Below, one piece after another: positions 41,115-54,005 of a DNA stretch of 64,000 bases. The first letter of the stretch is position 1. Each line of letters begins with the position of its first letter. Origin of the DNA: Octopus vulgaris (Eukaryota); NCBI GenBank assembly GCA_951406725.2, contig OX597816.1, positions 109,120,001-109,184,000 of the forward strand, in the 5' to 3' direction. The position numbers and the translations under genes were made by a program. The notes beneath the pieces are model-generated. The model was not told the DNA's origin and did not search any database. It saw nothing but the letters and a program-made list of their open reading frames with translations.

Positions 41115-41342
41115 GCTTACCTAGAGATACAGATGGACTGTTAAAGATGCAATAATAGTCAATTTGTTAAGTTATTTTAGCTACCTGCTCCAAGGTCAAT
41201 AAGATTATTATAAATATCTGACGTATACTTATGTCAAGTACTTTATTCTGTTGATGCTCACTGTCTTTATGAATGCAAAATATTCATTTTTGGCTATATT
41301 TGTTTGTGTGTGTTTGTATATGCATGTGGACGTGTGTGTATG

Positions 41343-41418
<76 letters not shown>

Positions 41419-41427
41419 TTGTGTATA

Positions 41428-41473
<46 letters not shown>

Positions 41474-42294
41474 GAGAGAGGGAGGGAGGGAGAGACAGAT
41501 GGAGAGTGAATGAGTGAGAGAGAGGTTTCCTGCTTGGGAGCATTTAGAGGTGTGTGTGAATCAGTGTGTTCAGAAACTCTCACACTCTATTTCACGCTAA
41601 TACGTATATCTGTACATAAACGTACATGCACACATTTACACACACACGTACACTCACTCATTCCCTCGCACATACACACACATATATGTGCATACATACA
41701 CTTATCTATATAACTTTTACACTCACAAATAGTGTGCATGGAAGGATGTGGGGGGCGGCGAGAAGGTTAAAAAATTTTAAAACGAAGAAAGACGCAGAGA
41801 TGAGACATGTCTAGGAGATACGAGCGACTCCCAATAATCCTGAAGAACAGTGGAAAGAGATGTGATGTTTAAATCAAAGGTCTAAATCGAAAACTTCAGT
41901 AATCTTCAAAGAAAATTATAAATAAAAGCCAGCAGTTTAAACCAATTGACTGTGGTCAGGTTTTAGACTTCTAGGCGACGATTCCTGACATGACCATGGC
42001 AGTTAATTTTGTAGCTTCTTTGTGTCTAACCAATTCCATTGTTGTCCTTCTGAATGTCAAACAATCTGACTGAAAACTTTAGCAACCGGAATGGATGGAG
42101 TGTTGTTGTTGGTGTTGATGATGTTTGCTGCTCTTCGTTTCTTTCATTAGGTTTATTTGTTTGTTTGCTTGTTTGTTTGTCTGATTTTTAGTTGTTTGAA
42201 TTTGGTTTTGGTTCTGTTTAGCGAATCTGCTGTGGCACCTTGCTGTCAAATTATAATTATTGTTGTCTCTTTGAAGAAATCGGTTTTATAAATG

Positions 42295-42391
42295 TACAAC
42301 AGCAATAATAACAACGACGTCGACGAAAGCGACGACGAGGACGACCACAGAAACAACAAGAGCAACAACAACAGCAACCACACCGATGATG

Positions 42392-42469
<78 letters not shown>

Positions 42470-42505
42470 GTAATAATAATAATGATAATGATAATAATCA
42501 TAATG

Positions 42506-42556
<51 letters not shown>

Positions 42557-42631
42557 GTGATGGTAATAATAATAACAATAATGGTAATAATAATAATGTT
42601 AATAATAATAATAATGGTAATAATAATAGTA

Positions 42632-42679
<48 letters not shown>

Positions 42680-42682
42680 GTA
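42295..42682. repeat. (AAC)/(GAT)/(AAT)n trinucleotide array
   Basis: Direct sequence. A second (AAT)n array lies at 44030-44185. Confidence 0.95.
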
Positions 42683-42899
42683 ATTTTTCTCTATTTAACC
42701 ACAAGAATTCAAAGAGATACAGAAAACGGACAGAAACGTTAAACAGAGGTCTTACAAATATGTCGGAATGGTACGAAGAAATTATACAATGGGGAGAAGA
42801 AGGGTAAATGACGTTATATACTATATAATTTCGAAGAATTAAACATTAGAAATAAACACAAAAATTATACAGAAATAAAATATATAACGAAACGCTGTA

Positions 42900-44025
42900 A
42901 TTAGAGCAAGCAATATAAATGAAAAACTAAATCTCCACTTCCATTGATCAGGTACCTCGCATTCAGATTACGCTTCCAGTGTATTTTCTTCTTGTATTAT
43001 TCTTGGCTGCTTCCACCTCGCACGACATCGGTTCCCTTTCACATTAGAAGACTTCCGTATTTTTAATAGCTTTTCCGTTGGTTCTTTTTGCGTTCTTTTA
43101 AAAGAAATCTGCTTTCCCCCCAACGGACTTTGCCAGGTCCCCATCCTCGCAAGTGTATGGGGTGGTGCTGTTACGAGGGGGTACTTTCTGGTCGTTTAGT
43201 GTTAGCTGTTGTTGCTGGAGAAGACTCAAGGCAATGAGGACGGAGCAATTTCATTTGCCGACTCACGAGTTATGCCTGTCGTTGCCCAAAGATCGACAAT
43301 CTCTAAGAATCATTGTTGCTATATTCTTTTAGCTTGGTTTTGCTACATGTTGGTTCATTTACTTTGGATGCTGACCTTTAAGATTTTATTCTTAGTACTT
43401 TTTGCAGTACATAATTCTAGTATTATTTTATGACCTTATAGGGCCATCAGGACTTGTATGTCCATGGTGATCCCACACGACCGCCTATTGTCATATGTTA
43501 CATCTGCACTGGACACCATATTGCCCTTATTCTGCCATATTCTGCAGAATGTGCCCTCATTTTGCTATAAAGGTGACTATTAGTCAAGGGTCAATATCAT
43601 CACCAATATTCTGAATGCGACTCTTGCGCTTCTTCCAAAATAGCGCGGAACCAGCTTATAGGCTGGTGTTTTGCGTGCAATTTGGACTTGTGCATTCGCC
43701 TAGTTACTTGTTTCAAATACAATACATATTTGCTACACATCCTCACTTTCCAAATCTAAGATTTTCAAATAAATCTCTGCCAGAGCTGTATCCATTTCTT
43801 GTCTGGATGAAATAAGACAACTTCTTATATATACTGTGTCTAAAAATCTTCTTATATATACTGTGTCTAAAAATCTCGTTTTTCTTTTGTCGACACCCGC
43901 AAGGATGAGTTTTCAGCCTGGAGGAAGTTATCTGTATGCAAGTATTTTTGGTAAAAGCTCTGTTTCCACTTGTAAAACCTATATATCCAGAAGAGAGTTT
44001 TGAAAAGAGTTTACATTTGTCTGCA
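42900..44025 (-). mobile_element. Possible degraded L1/Tx1 ORF1 remnant
   Basis: Minus strand RIQNIGDDIDP*LIVTF..G (~43560-43620) and knuckle-like PYTCEDGDLAKS (~43125-43162). Tentative. Confidence 0.3.
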
Positions 44026-44083
44026 GTGAATAATAACAATAATGGTAGTGGTGATGATGTTGATAATGATGATGATGATGATG

Positions 44084-44153
<70 letters not shown>

Positions 44154-44189
44154 TAATAATAATACTAATAATAATATCAACAATGATAT

Positions 44190-46540
44190 AAAATGTTATT
44201 TGAGAGCTAGAAGTAAAGGTTGCGGTGTTGGTGGGAGAATGCTTATAAACTGGAATGATATGCTGGAGTTGATAGAAAATACGTTAATGAACCAAGCACG
44301 AATAGTCTAAAGAAGAGGTTGGCTAACACCAGTTGAAATAAGGAGTGTATAGAAATAAATTCAACGTTGTGATGATGCTGGTTGGAGAAAGAACGAGTAA
44401 AGACATAGTGTGCAAGTTGAATAGTTAAATGAAAATAGCATGAGCTGTATGGAAAGAAATGAGATTGATGCAGAGGTGGAAAATAACAAAAATTATTAAC
44501 AATGATTATGGGTTTGACAATAGTAAGCTTTTAAGTAAAATACATGCAAATGATACGACTGTAGAAAAATTTGTGATACCCGAAAATTTAGGTCGTATGA
44601 GGCAAAATATTTTGATATGATTAAACGAAATTCTTTATTAGAAACTAACAGAAGAAAGCTCCTAGCCGAAACGAAAAAGTTGATGCTACATTAGAATTTG
44701 TTATAACTACAGACAGACATTACTAACATCAGTAATTTTAACCTGGATTGTATGATGGAAAAGGCGGACTGAATGTGACAGAAATATAATTAGAAAAGAA
44801 TTACTCAGTTGAAAGCTGGAACAAAAGTAATTTATGAAAATAAAACAAGTCGTAATTTGAAAGGATGTACAACATAAATAATTTACTTTAGTGATAAAAA
44901 TGATCTAACAAAGAATATGCTCAAAATCAACTAAAATACTTATTACACTGAGAGAGCAACTAAATGTGAGCAAAACAGTCTTTTTGGATGAAATCAGACA
45001 CAGTTTTTTCATACCATTTGAGGAGGCACAGTGGAAACATTTATATAAAAGGCAGGGATAAGCAACAACATTTTGGACAGAAGTTTTAAATATGCAACGA
45101 AGAACGGTTCAGAACACTTTAAACGGAACCAAAAAGGGCAGAGAAACAAGAACCGATCACTTTAACATAAGTCAATGTCCTGCAGCAAATAAAGATGCTT
45201 CCAAATTGGAAAAAATCCAAGATCAGATGAGATCAATGCTTCTGTATAAAACGTTCTAGATCCTTACCTAGCCAATTCAGAAATTAGCCAAATGTGTATG
45301 CAACATGACGAAGTGTACCGGAGTAGATTGTCGTGAAAAACCAACACTGAAAATGAAAACTTGAACGAAGGGAAAGTTGAGGGAAATGATCGACCAGCAT
45401 CAATCTGCCATAGAAGTTACTAACATGCATTTTCCCCCAAGACAATGTAATTATTTGGTGCAGAACAAATCATAAGGTACTGAACAGTAAGTATGCAGAA
45501 AGCATTCAAAAGGCACCAAAGATAATTTGATCATTGACAAAGCAGTGTTGAAGCGATGATAGGCCAGTGTGTTCACGGTGTGAAGTAATCCCTAAAAATC
45601 TCACAGCATTCTTGGATTGTGGTGCCACTTAGAATGTTTGGCATAATTGAAAAAACCCATTAACATCCTCAGTACTCGTGTGACACACTGGTAAATGAAA
45701 TGTTGAACAGGAAATCACTGAGAAGCTTAGCTGTTAAAACTGGTACCTTCCAGGTTGAATATTTTTACCACCTGTTAATTGCTATCGCACTAATAACTAT
45801 CGTAATGACACTCAGGAAAGTCAACATGGGCCTCAAATTGAGAAGAAACCTACCGTCTCAAATTCATTTGATCTTCGGGGATGATTTTAAAATATTTGCA
45901 AAGTCTGAAGAAGAGATCTATTCCTTTGTTAACACTGAAAAGTTGTGTTGCAATAATACTGGAATGAAGTTTGGTATATCGATGTGTGGAACTTTAGATA
46001 AGAAGGGAGCGAGAGAGAGAGAGAGAGGGAGAGAGAGATAGAGAGAGAGAAAGAGAGAAGAGAGAAAGAAAGTGCCTATTTTATTGAAATGAATTTATTA
46101 GAAGAACGAACGGATCATATAGTCTGATGGCAATAGATATAACTATTTAGGCATACTGGAACCCGATGGTATTATGTATAAGATAATGAAGGAAAGAGCG
46201 AAAACTCTATATTTGAATAGGTGAAAGCTTGTATTGAAGTACAAACTTCAAAGAACTTGATAAATGCGATCAATACATGGAAAAGCATCGTTGTGCATAA
46301 TGGTACTGGAACAATGAATTGGACGAAAGATGAAATAGATGCATTAGACAGAAAAACCCTAATTATGAAGAGAGTGCTTCATCCATAAGCAAATGTTAGT
46401 CGTTTATAGATGAAGCAGAAGATTGGAGAAAGGAGGCTTATTAGCATTGTGAATAGTTATAACAGTAGTTAGTAAATGGCTATCGTGCAAAGAGGAAAGA
46501 AGTCTCTAAATATGCTGAAATAGAACTTCGATTTATTTCT
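44190..46540 (+). mobile_element. Degraded R4/Dong-like LINE (RT region)
   Basis: PNWK (~45200), CRKHSKGTKDNLIIDKAVL (~45495), IHLIFGDDFKIFAK and GMKFGISMCG (45862-45990), YNYLGI (~46140), INAINTW, WTKDEIDALDRKT (~46320). Confidence 0.85.
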
Positions 46541-46554
46541 GTTGAAGCAAATAC

Positions 46555-46870
46555 TGTGGCATGGACAGTTCAACAGACTGCTCCTATATTAGTTTGTCGA
46601 ACCAGAAAGGATGAAAGACAAATCTAGTTTTGACAAGATTTGAGTTCACATCTTAAAGAGTCGAAACAAATGCCGCAAAGCATTTTGTCCGACACTCTAG
46701 TGATTCTGCCAATATACCACTCTTGTAGAGCGAAATATTAATAATCTTTTCTACTAAAGGCACAAAGCCTGAAATTTTGGGGAGTACTAGTCAATTACAT
46801 CGACACCAGTGTTTTACTGGTACTTAATTTATCGACCCCGAAAGTATGAAAAGCAAAGTCGACCTCGGGG
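46555..46870 (-). mobile_element. Two partial tRNA-SINE (Meta-like) copies
   Basis: Homology to 18237-18449, including CTGGTACTTAATTTATCGACCCCGAAAG. Confidence 0.75.
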
Positions 46871-48099
46871 GGAAGAGCGAAATAGTAATAATCAAAACAT
46901 TCTCAGTCAGGACTGATACGGAGCTAAGTGGTTGTAAAAGAGAAAAAAGAAAGAAAATAGCATGTTGTAGCGCTCATGCATCGTTTCCAAAAATATTCAC
47001 GTGTAAAATAAAGGAATAAATAAAATTAGTTTCAGATGGCAGCTTATAAATCCTAGTTGAAATTATTTTGCATAATTTACGTTTGAAATGTCCTTACGAA
47101 AAGTAAGACGCCAATAACTGCCCTATTTTACAGCTACCACTAAAAAAGAAAAAAAAAACGGAATTTTTGTATCTACTTAGTCAAAAAGAAAACCCACTAT
47201 CAATTAAGCCCTTTTCCCTGAAGCAAAATCTAAATTCATCAACATATAAAAGGGTTTGCGTGAATGATTGTATTAGAATAGGATTTAACATTTTGTAGAA
47301 GAAAAATTCAATTTGTTAAAAAGTGATTTCCTTTATATTGCAGATAACCATAGTTTGTATTTTTTTCTCTCGGAATCTTGGAATTTCAAATTCTTCTCAA
47401 CGAACGAAGATTGTGACTTGAAATCGAGATCAGTTGTATTTTTTGTTTATTGTGTTAATCTTTATTTTATACCAATCTAAAATCAAAATGTAGCATATAA
47501 TATAATATAACAGAAGGAAATTGAAACCAAAATAATATGCAATCAATAACGTTGGATTTGAGTGACAATAGGTAACAAATAAAAAATCAACAAAAAAGTT
47601 GCATTTGAACAGAATCAAATATTGAAGCAGGCATCATTGTTAAGTCGACCTTTAGTTGTTGATAAAATGCTACGTGTAACTTGTTGGTTTGGAAGGCTGG
47701 AAATATAGGATTAGATTAAACTCGAAAATGATACAAAAACTAAAGAAGAAAAAAATACGGAAAATGGGAGGAAATGCATTAAAAAAAAACACCTATCTAA
47801 ACCTTAAAAAATCTGATAATTGGAAGAAAGGTCACGAAATAAAATTAATAGAAAAAGAGAAAAAATATTGCAATAATAAGTATAAAACAAATGATTTGAA
47901 AAGGAAGTGAATGAACAACCGTAGAAAAGCCTTTGCAATATTGATTTCTTCATTTGTCGAAAGGGCATCAGTTTGAAAGAAGTATATCATACAATAAATG
48001 ACTTTCCTCCATATAAAAAAAAAACAAAAATAGGCAAAGGTAGGATTACATGATTTTTTTGTAAGAATTATTATTAGTTTGAAACAGTGATTATTAATA

Positions 48100-48542
48100 A
48101 GAAGTGGATTGGCAGAATCGTTAAAGAAATGTGTTTCGGTTCTTTAAGCTTTGAGCTCAGATCCAACAGTGATAAGTTTTGTCACTTATCCTTTTGGGGT
48201 CGATAAATTAAACAATCGACTACCGAGATCGATGTAATCGATTAATCTCTCCCTGATAAATTACTAGATTTTTGCGTTTATTAGAAACTAATATTGTTGA
48301 CAAAATAAACTATTGGGGAGTCGACTAACCACCTTTCCCTCCAAATTACTGGTCGTGTGTCTTACGGTATTTCTTCCTATTTTACTTTTTGATTTCAAGT
48401 GCCGCTGTGGCCGACTTTTTCTTATCATCCTTACGAAGTTGATAAAATAAGTACCAGTTGAGCAATGGGGAGGATGTTACAACTAGTCCCTTTCCTCAAA
48501 GTCTCCGGCCTTGTGCCTATAGTAGAAAGGATTATTAGTATG

Positions 48543-48607
<65 letters not shown>

Positions 48608-48815
48608 AGGCGGTGAGCTGGTAGAGTTGTTAGTACGCAAAACAAAATGCTTTGCATAATTTCGTCTGACTTTGTGCTCTCAATACAAATTCCGCTGAGG
48701 TCGACTTTCATCCTTTCGGGGTCGATAAATGAAATGCCATTGAAACACTGGGATCAATGTAATCGACTAGTTCCTTCCCCACAAATTTCAGACCTTGTGC
48801 TTTTAATAGAAAGGA
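48100..48815 (+). mobile_element. Cluster of head-to-tail tRNA-SINE (Meta-like) copies with (ATT)n tails
   Basis: Copies at ~48100-48295, ~48410-48535 and 48608-48815, with (ATT)n at 48540-48606 and 48815-48938. Confidence 0.8.
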
Positions 48816-48852
48816 TTATTATTATTATTGTTGTTGTTGTTGTTGTTATTAC

Positions 48853-48938
<86 letters not shown>

Positions 48939-48940
<2 letters not shown>

Positions 48941-49941
48941 CAGTAGTTTTATTTTTATAGCGTGCTTTCACTTCACTACCGAGCGCAGCTCTGTGTGCCT
49001 TAGGTATGTGCTGTGATTTGTTGTGATGCTCTCATGGTTATTGTATGGAAAGTGTTCTGCGAAGGATGTGTGCAGTGCCTAGTAGTGCAATTTGCTGTAT
49101 GTTATATGTGTTTGTAAGTCCTGGTGTTTTTGTTATGTATTTGTCTGAATATTTTTTTATCATGCCTAATGCACCTACTATCATAGGAATTGTTTCTGTT
49201 TTTATATTCCACATTCTGGTTACCTCTATTTCCAGGTCTTTGTATTTTGAGAGTTTCTCCATTTCTTTTAGAGACACGTTGTCATCTGCTGGTATTGATA
49301 CATCAATTAGAAAGCATTTTTCTTCTTCATGATCTCTGACAACTATATCTGGTCTGTTGGCCTTAATTTCTCTATCTGTGTGTATCGACATATCCCAGAG
49401 TATGGTTGCTTTCTCGTTTTCTGTGACCTTTTCTGGTGTGTGCCTATACCATCTTTTTTTCTGTTGTTATTCCATAATGTTGGCATAGCTTCCAATGTAT
49501 GTAGGTTCCAACTCTGTCATGTCTGTGAATATATTCCTTCTTAGCCAGGACTGGGCAGCTAGAGATAATATGATTTATCGTTTCTTGTCCATCTCCACAT
49601 ATTCTGCAGTTACTTGTTATATTTCTTTTTATTACATGTTTTTGGTAATTTCTGGTGGGGAGGCTTTGGTCTTGTGCTGCAATTAAAAATCCCTCTGTCT
49701 CTGCCTTGAGTCCTGAGCTTCTCAACCATTGCTGGGATTTTTCTTTGTCTATTTATTTTGCGTTTAGTTTAGTCCAGTATTTACCATGAAGGGGCTTTTC
49801 TTGCCATCGTTTTATCATGGTTCGTTGCTGTTCTATTTTTTGTTTGGATTTCATTTGTTTTATAGTTTTTGTTGTTTCTTCTTCTTCTTCTTCTTCTTCT
49901 TCTTCTTCTTCTTCTTCTTCTTCTTCTTCTTCTTCTACTTC

Positions 49942-49973
<32 letters not shown>

Positions 49974-50200
49974 CTTCTTCGTCTTCTTCTTCTTCTTCTT
50001 CTTCTTCTTCTTCTTCTTCTTCTTCTTCTTCTTCTTCTTCTTCTTCTTCTTCTTTATATTTATTAGGTGGTATGATTTCTTGTTTGTATTTGTCAGCTTC
50101 CTTAAATATTGAGAACAGTTTTTTGTTTTGCTCGTGTTTTGCCGCTATTTGTATCAGTTTTCCTTCCTTCTGAAGTAGATATTTTTGCAGTCCTATGGAG

Positions 50201-50201
<1 letters not shown>
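48939..50201 (-). mobile_element. Relatively young 5'-truncated R4/Dong-like LINE (CCHC plus REL endonuclease)
   Basis: ORF 49444-49725 (LKAETEGFLIAAQDQSLPTRNY..CRICGDGQETINHIISSCPVLAKKEYIHRHDRV) and ORF 49038-49391 (NRPDIVV..CFLIDVSIP..KEMEKLSKYKDL..IPMIVGALG..LLGTAHILRR). Two frameshifts. (TAA)n on both flanks. Confidence 0.92.
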
Positions 50202-50271
<70 letters not shown>

Positions 50272-50273
50272 CA

Positions 50274-50636
50274 TTCAGTAGTCTTATTTTTATCATGTTC
50301 TTTCACTGTACTACCTAGCTCAATTTTGTGTACCTTGGATATGTACTGTGGTTTATTTTGGTGTTCTTATTTTTACTGTATTAAAAGTGCTTTACGCAGG
50401 ATTTGTGCTATTAGTGCTTTTTTTCTGTCCTGGGAGTTTGCTTATGTATTTGTAATTTATGCTTTTATTCAACCATAATCCATCTATTATTATAAAGATT
50501 ATTTCTGGTTTTAGGCTTCACATTCGGGTAATCCCTGTTTCCAGATTTTTGTATTTTGAGTTTCCGCGTTTCTTTTAGAAATGCATTGTCATCTATTGGG
50601 ATTGATGCATCAATTAGAAGGCATTTTTTATTTGTC
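50274..50636 (-). mobile_element. Second, older 3' fragment of the same R4/Dong-like family
   Basis: KKCLLIDASIPIDDNAFLKE (ORF 50465-50659). Same 3' terminus CAGTAGT.TTATTTTTAT abutting (TTA)n. Confidence 0.8.
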
Positions 50637-50659
50637 ATCATCATCATCATCATCATCAT

Positions 50660-50880
50660 TACGAGCAGGAAAAGTCGTTAGAACGCCGAATAAAATGCTT
50701 AGCGGCATTTAGTCCGTCTATGTGTTCAGAATTCAAATTCCTCCGGGCTTGACTTTACCTTTCATCCTTTCGGGGCCAAGGAAATAAATACAAGTTGTGC
50801 ACTGAAGTCGATGTTATCGACAAGCCCATCACCCAATATTTCAGATCTTGTGCCTATAATTTAACGGAATTATTATTATC
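50660..50880 (+). mobile_element. tRNA-SINE (Meta-like) copy
   Basis: AAATGCTTAGCGGCATTT...GAATTCAAATTCC...CTTTCATCCTTTCGGGG...TTGTGCCTATA-ATT tail. Confidence 0.8.
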
Positions 50881-51359
50881 AGTAGTGATGGTGGTGTCAT
50901 TTGCGTTGGCCGTACGTCGCATAGGCTTCTGAAGGTTTGTTAAATTTTATTGAAAACAGTTTGACTACTGTAGTAAATTTTTGTTAAAACTTTAATTAAG
51001 GACCTCTACTTCACTTAGAGAAGAGAGGAACTGCCAAATTGTGATCTAAAGGGAACAATTATTGTAACATTTTATTTGCTGTCATCTGTTTTATTTCTCG
51101 TTTGGAATTATGGTGTTGGTAAGGCACGCTAACAGATTCAACGCGGATGCACAAGGAAAATCTTCTCTTAGCACTTTCAGCTTCATGGGAGAACATTTAC
51201 ACCACAGCATTATCAACAATGGTAACAACAGAGGTAAAAAAAAAAACTAACGTTTATAAAAACACGAGCAACAACGACATCATCAGTAACAAAAGTGACA
51301 GCAACAACAGCAAAGTAGCAGCAGCAATAACAATAACAATGATAATAACAACAGTAACA

Positions 51360-51800
51360 GTGGAGGCGCAATGGTCCAGTGGTTAGGGCAGCAGACTAAC
51401 GGTCGTAAGAACGCGGTTTCGATTCCCAGACCGGGCATTGTGAGTATTTATTGAGCAAAAACACCTAAGCTCCACTGTAATCTTTCACCACAATTTTCTC
51501 TCACAATTTCTTCTTACTTCTGCCACAAAGCAGAGGAACTATGGTGTAACCCACTATGGTGTGGTAAACTTTCAGACCCTAGTATACATTGCGAATCCTC
51601 TGTACCCCAGGATGGTTCAGCTCTCCACCCGTTAAAAGCCACCATTTACAACGTAGCTTTCGCGCCCGTGCAACCGCCAGTCTATCGCGTGTGGTGGGTG
51701 GATCTTCAAGTTGCCACATGCATTCTTAGTAGCTTAGAGTAGGCTCGAATTAGAGATTATCCTTTGTGGCTAATGGCGTGAGTCCTGATTGGAAGAAAAA
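51360..51800 (+). mobile_element. tRNA-derived SINE of a third family
   Basis: Head GGAGGCGCAATGGTCCAGTGGTTAGGGC (A box) and GGTTTCGATTCCC (B-box-like). 3' boundary approximate. Confidence 0.6.
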
Positions 51801-51989
51801 GAAGAAGAAGAAGACAACAGTGACAGTAACAACAACAACAAAGTGACGCGAGCAACTTCACGAGCTGGCAGTCTTTTACTGGTGGTGAAATCAACCAAGT
51901 ACGCATACACTATATCGTGCAACATACCAAAGAAAATGTGGGCAATAAACTTGCTTTCAGTAGATTTCTGATCAATTTGGACCAGTTCA

Positions 51990-52815
51990 AAAGTTTTTGT
52001 TCCGTTTTCTCATGTTTTTGAATTCAAATTCTGCCGAGATCGTCTTTGCCTATTAATCTATAAAAATCAATAAAATAAAGTGGTAGTTTAGTATAAGGGT
52101 TTATGTAGCCGACGAGCCCACCAGAAATTTCCGGCCTAGTATTATTGTTAGTATTAAGGCAGTGAAAGGCGGCGAGCTGGCAGAATCGTTAGCACGCCGT
52201 GCAGAATGCTCAGCGGCATTTCGCCCGTCTTTACGGTCTGAGTTCAAATTATGCCAAGGTTGACTTTGCTTTTCATACTTTCAGAGTCGATAAAATAAGT
52301 ACCAGCTGAACACTGGCGTCGATGTAATCGACTTATCCTCTCCCCCGAGATTGCTGGCTTTGAGTCAAAATTTGAACCCATTATTAAGGCAGCGATCTGG
52401 TAGAATCGTTACTACACCGGACAAAGTGCTTAGTAGTATTTAATCCATCTTTACGTTCAGAGTTCAAATTACACCGAACTTTCATTCTTTCGGGGCCAAT
52501 AAATTCAGTACCAGTTGAGTACTAGAATCAATATAATTGATTTCCCTCTCACCCAAAATATCAGATCGTGTGTCTGTAGTTGAAAAGAATATTATTAAGA
52601 TGGTGAGCTGGTAGAATCGTTAGCACGCTGGACAAAAAGCTTAGCAGTATTTCATCCATTTTTGCGTTCTGAGTTCAAATTCCACCAAGGTCGACTTTAC
52701 CTTTCTTTCTTTCAGGTTCAATACAATAAGTGCCAGTTGAGCAATGTGGTCGATATGACAACTAACCTCCTCCTCCAAAATTGCTAGCCTTGTGCCTATA
52801 GTAGCAAAAATTATT
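51990..52815 (+). mobile_element. Tandem array of tRNA-SINE (Meta-like) copies
   Basis: Partial 51990-52146, then full units 52168-52385, 52388-52595 and 52599-52815. The last two start right after ATTATTAAG. Confidence 0.9.
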
Positions 52816-53237
52816 GCTATTATTTTAGTGCCATGGCAAAACACAAATCGTTAAATAAAAAGTAAAACAAATAGAAAGTGAACAACTTCCACCGCAGAAT
52901 AACACAACTCTAAACATACAAACACGCACATATTCACACAAACACGAAGTCACACATGTGCACACACACACACACACATGACATATACATACACACACAA
53001 CAACCTTTAACTTACAAAATCCTATGTAATCACTATGTGGAGGATATGCAATTTTTTTCTCAAATTGATATTGTTCAACCGGGCATACAGATTAAAGCAA
53101 GACGATTATTTCTTGTCTGAATTTTTTTGTTTTTCTTCACTGCTGACGTTAATATATGAGGAATCTAAAGTTTGATCGGTCACGTTCCATTTCAATCAAC
53201 TTATCCACGGTTTCATATTTATTCAATGTGGACGTAA

Positions 53238-53570
53238 ACGGTGGTTAAGTGATCAAGAATCTTATTTCCCAATCAGAAGTTCTCAGGTTCGGTCTTACTG
53301 CGTGGTAATTTAATTAGGTGTCGTTTTGCCTTAGCCTCGAGTCCATTCAAGCCTTGTGAGTGATACCGAGTCGAGGAGACTGCATGAAAGCTCGTCCGAT
53401 GTATTGTATAAGTAATTCATGCATTGTGTTTCACTTATTTAACCTGAGATCTACGTTAAGGCTGCACGTGTCTGTGGAACGATCAGCTACTTGCTGCTTA
53501 ATCTAACGAGTAATTTATTCAAATGATCCCCAACTGATTACTCATCGTCGAAACCGACAGAAGACCTATC
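53238..53570 (+). mobile_element. Degenerate tRNA-headed SINE
   Basis: GGTGGTTAAGTGATCAAG...CAGGTTCGGTCTTACTGCGTGG...AAGCCTTGTGAGTG resembles the head of the 63750 and 35712 family. Confidence 0.55.
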
Positions 53571-53895
53571 AGCATAATTTATATATTACTATCTGTCTGC
53601 TCTTCAGTTTAATGAAAAAAAAATACTGACAGAAGGAATTAATTTACGAAGTGAGAACTTTGGTAAGATCATATGAGCGTCGGATTAAATACTTTTAAGT
53701 TCTAAGTTCAAATCGTAGCATGGACAATTTTGCTTTTCATGCTTTCGAAGTTGAAATACATGAGGGTAAAATTCATGGACGGCAGTACACCAATAAGCAA
53801 ATCCACCTACAAGCAACTGACTAATTAATACAGTCATCGAAAATAATTAGCCTCATATACACAATACGATTTTAAAAGCTTAAATTCTATTGTTA

Positions 53896-54005
53896 TTTGA
53901 ACATTTGATTTTTTTTTATAAGCCCTTTAAAATATGGTGTTTCTGATTTTGAACATTTGATTTTTTTTTATAAGCCCTTTAAAATATGGTGTTTCTGATT
54001 TTGAA
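53896..54005. repeat. 52-bp direct tandem duplication
   Basis: TTTGAACATTTGA-T run-ATAAGCCCTTTAAAATATGGTGTTTCTGAT twice, with TTTGAA microhomology. Confidence 0.95.

Noticed and set aside
48608-48940. Idea that the Meta-like SINE is mobilised by the adjacent Dong-like LINE
   Set aside because: The SINE tail is (ATT)n on its own strand while the LINE ends in (TAA)n on its own strand, and I see no shared 3' sequence.
52168-52815. Regularly spaced repeats superficially like a CRISPR array
   Set aside because: Whole ~215-bp units are homologous SINEs with no unique spacers, no cas genes and a eukaryotic context.
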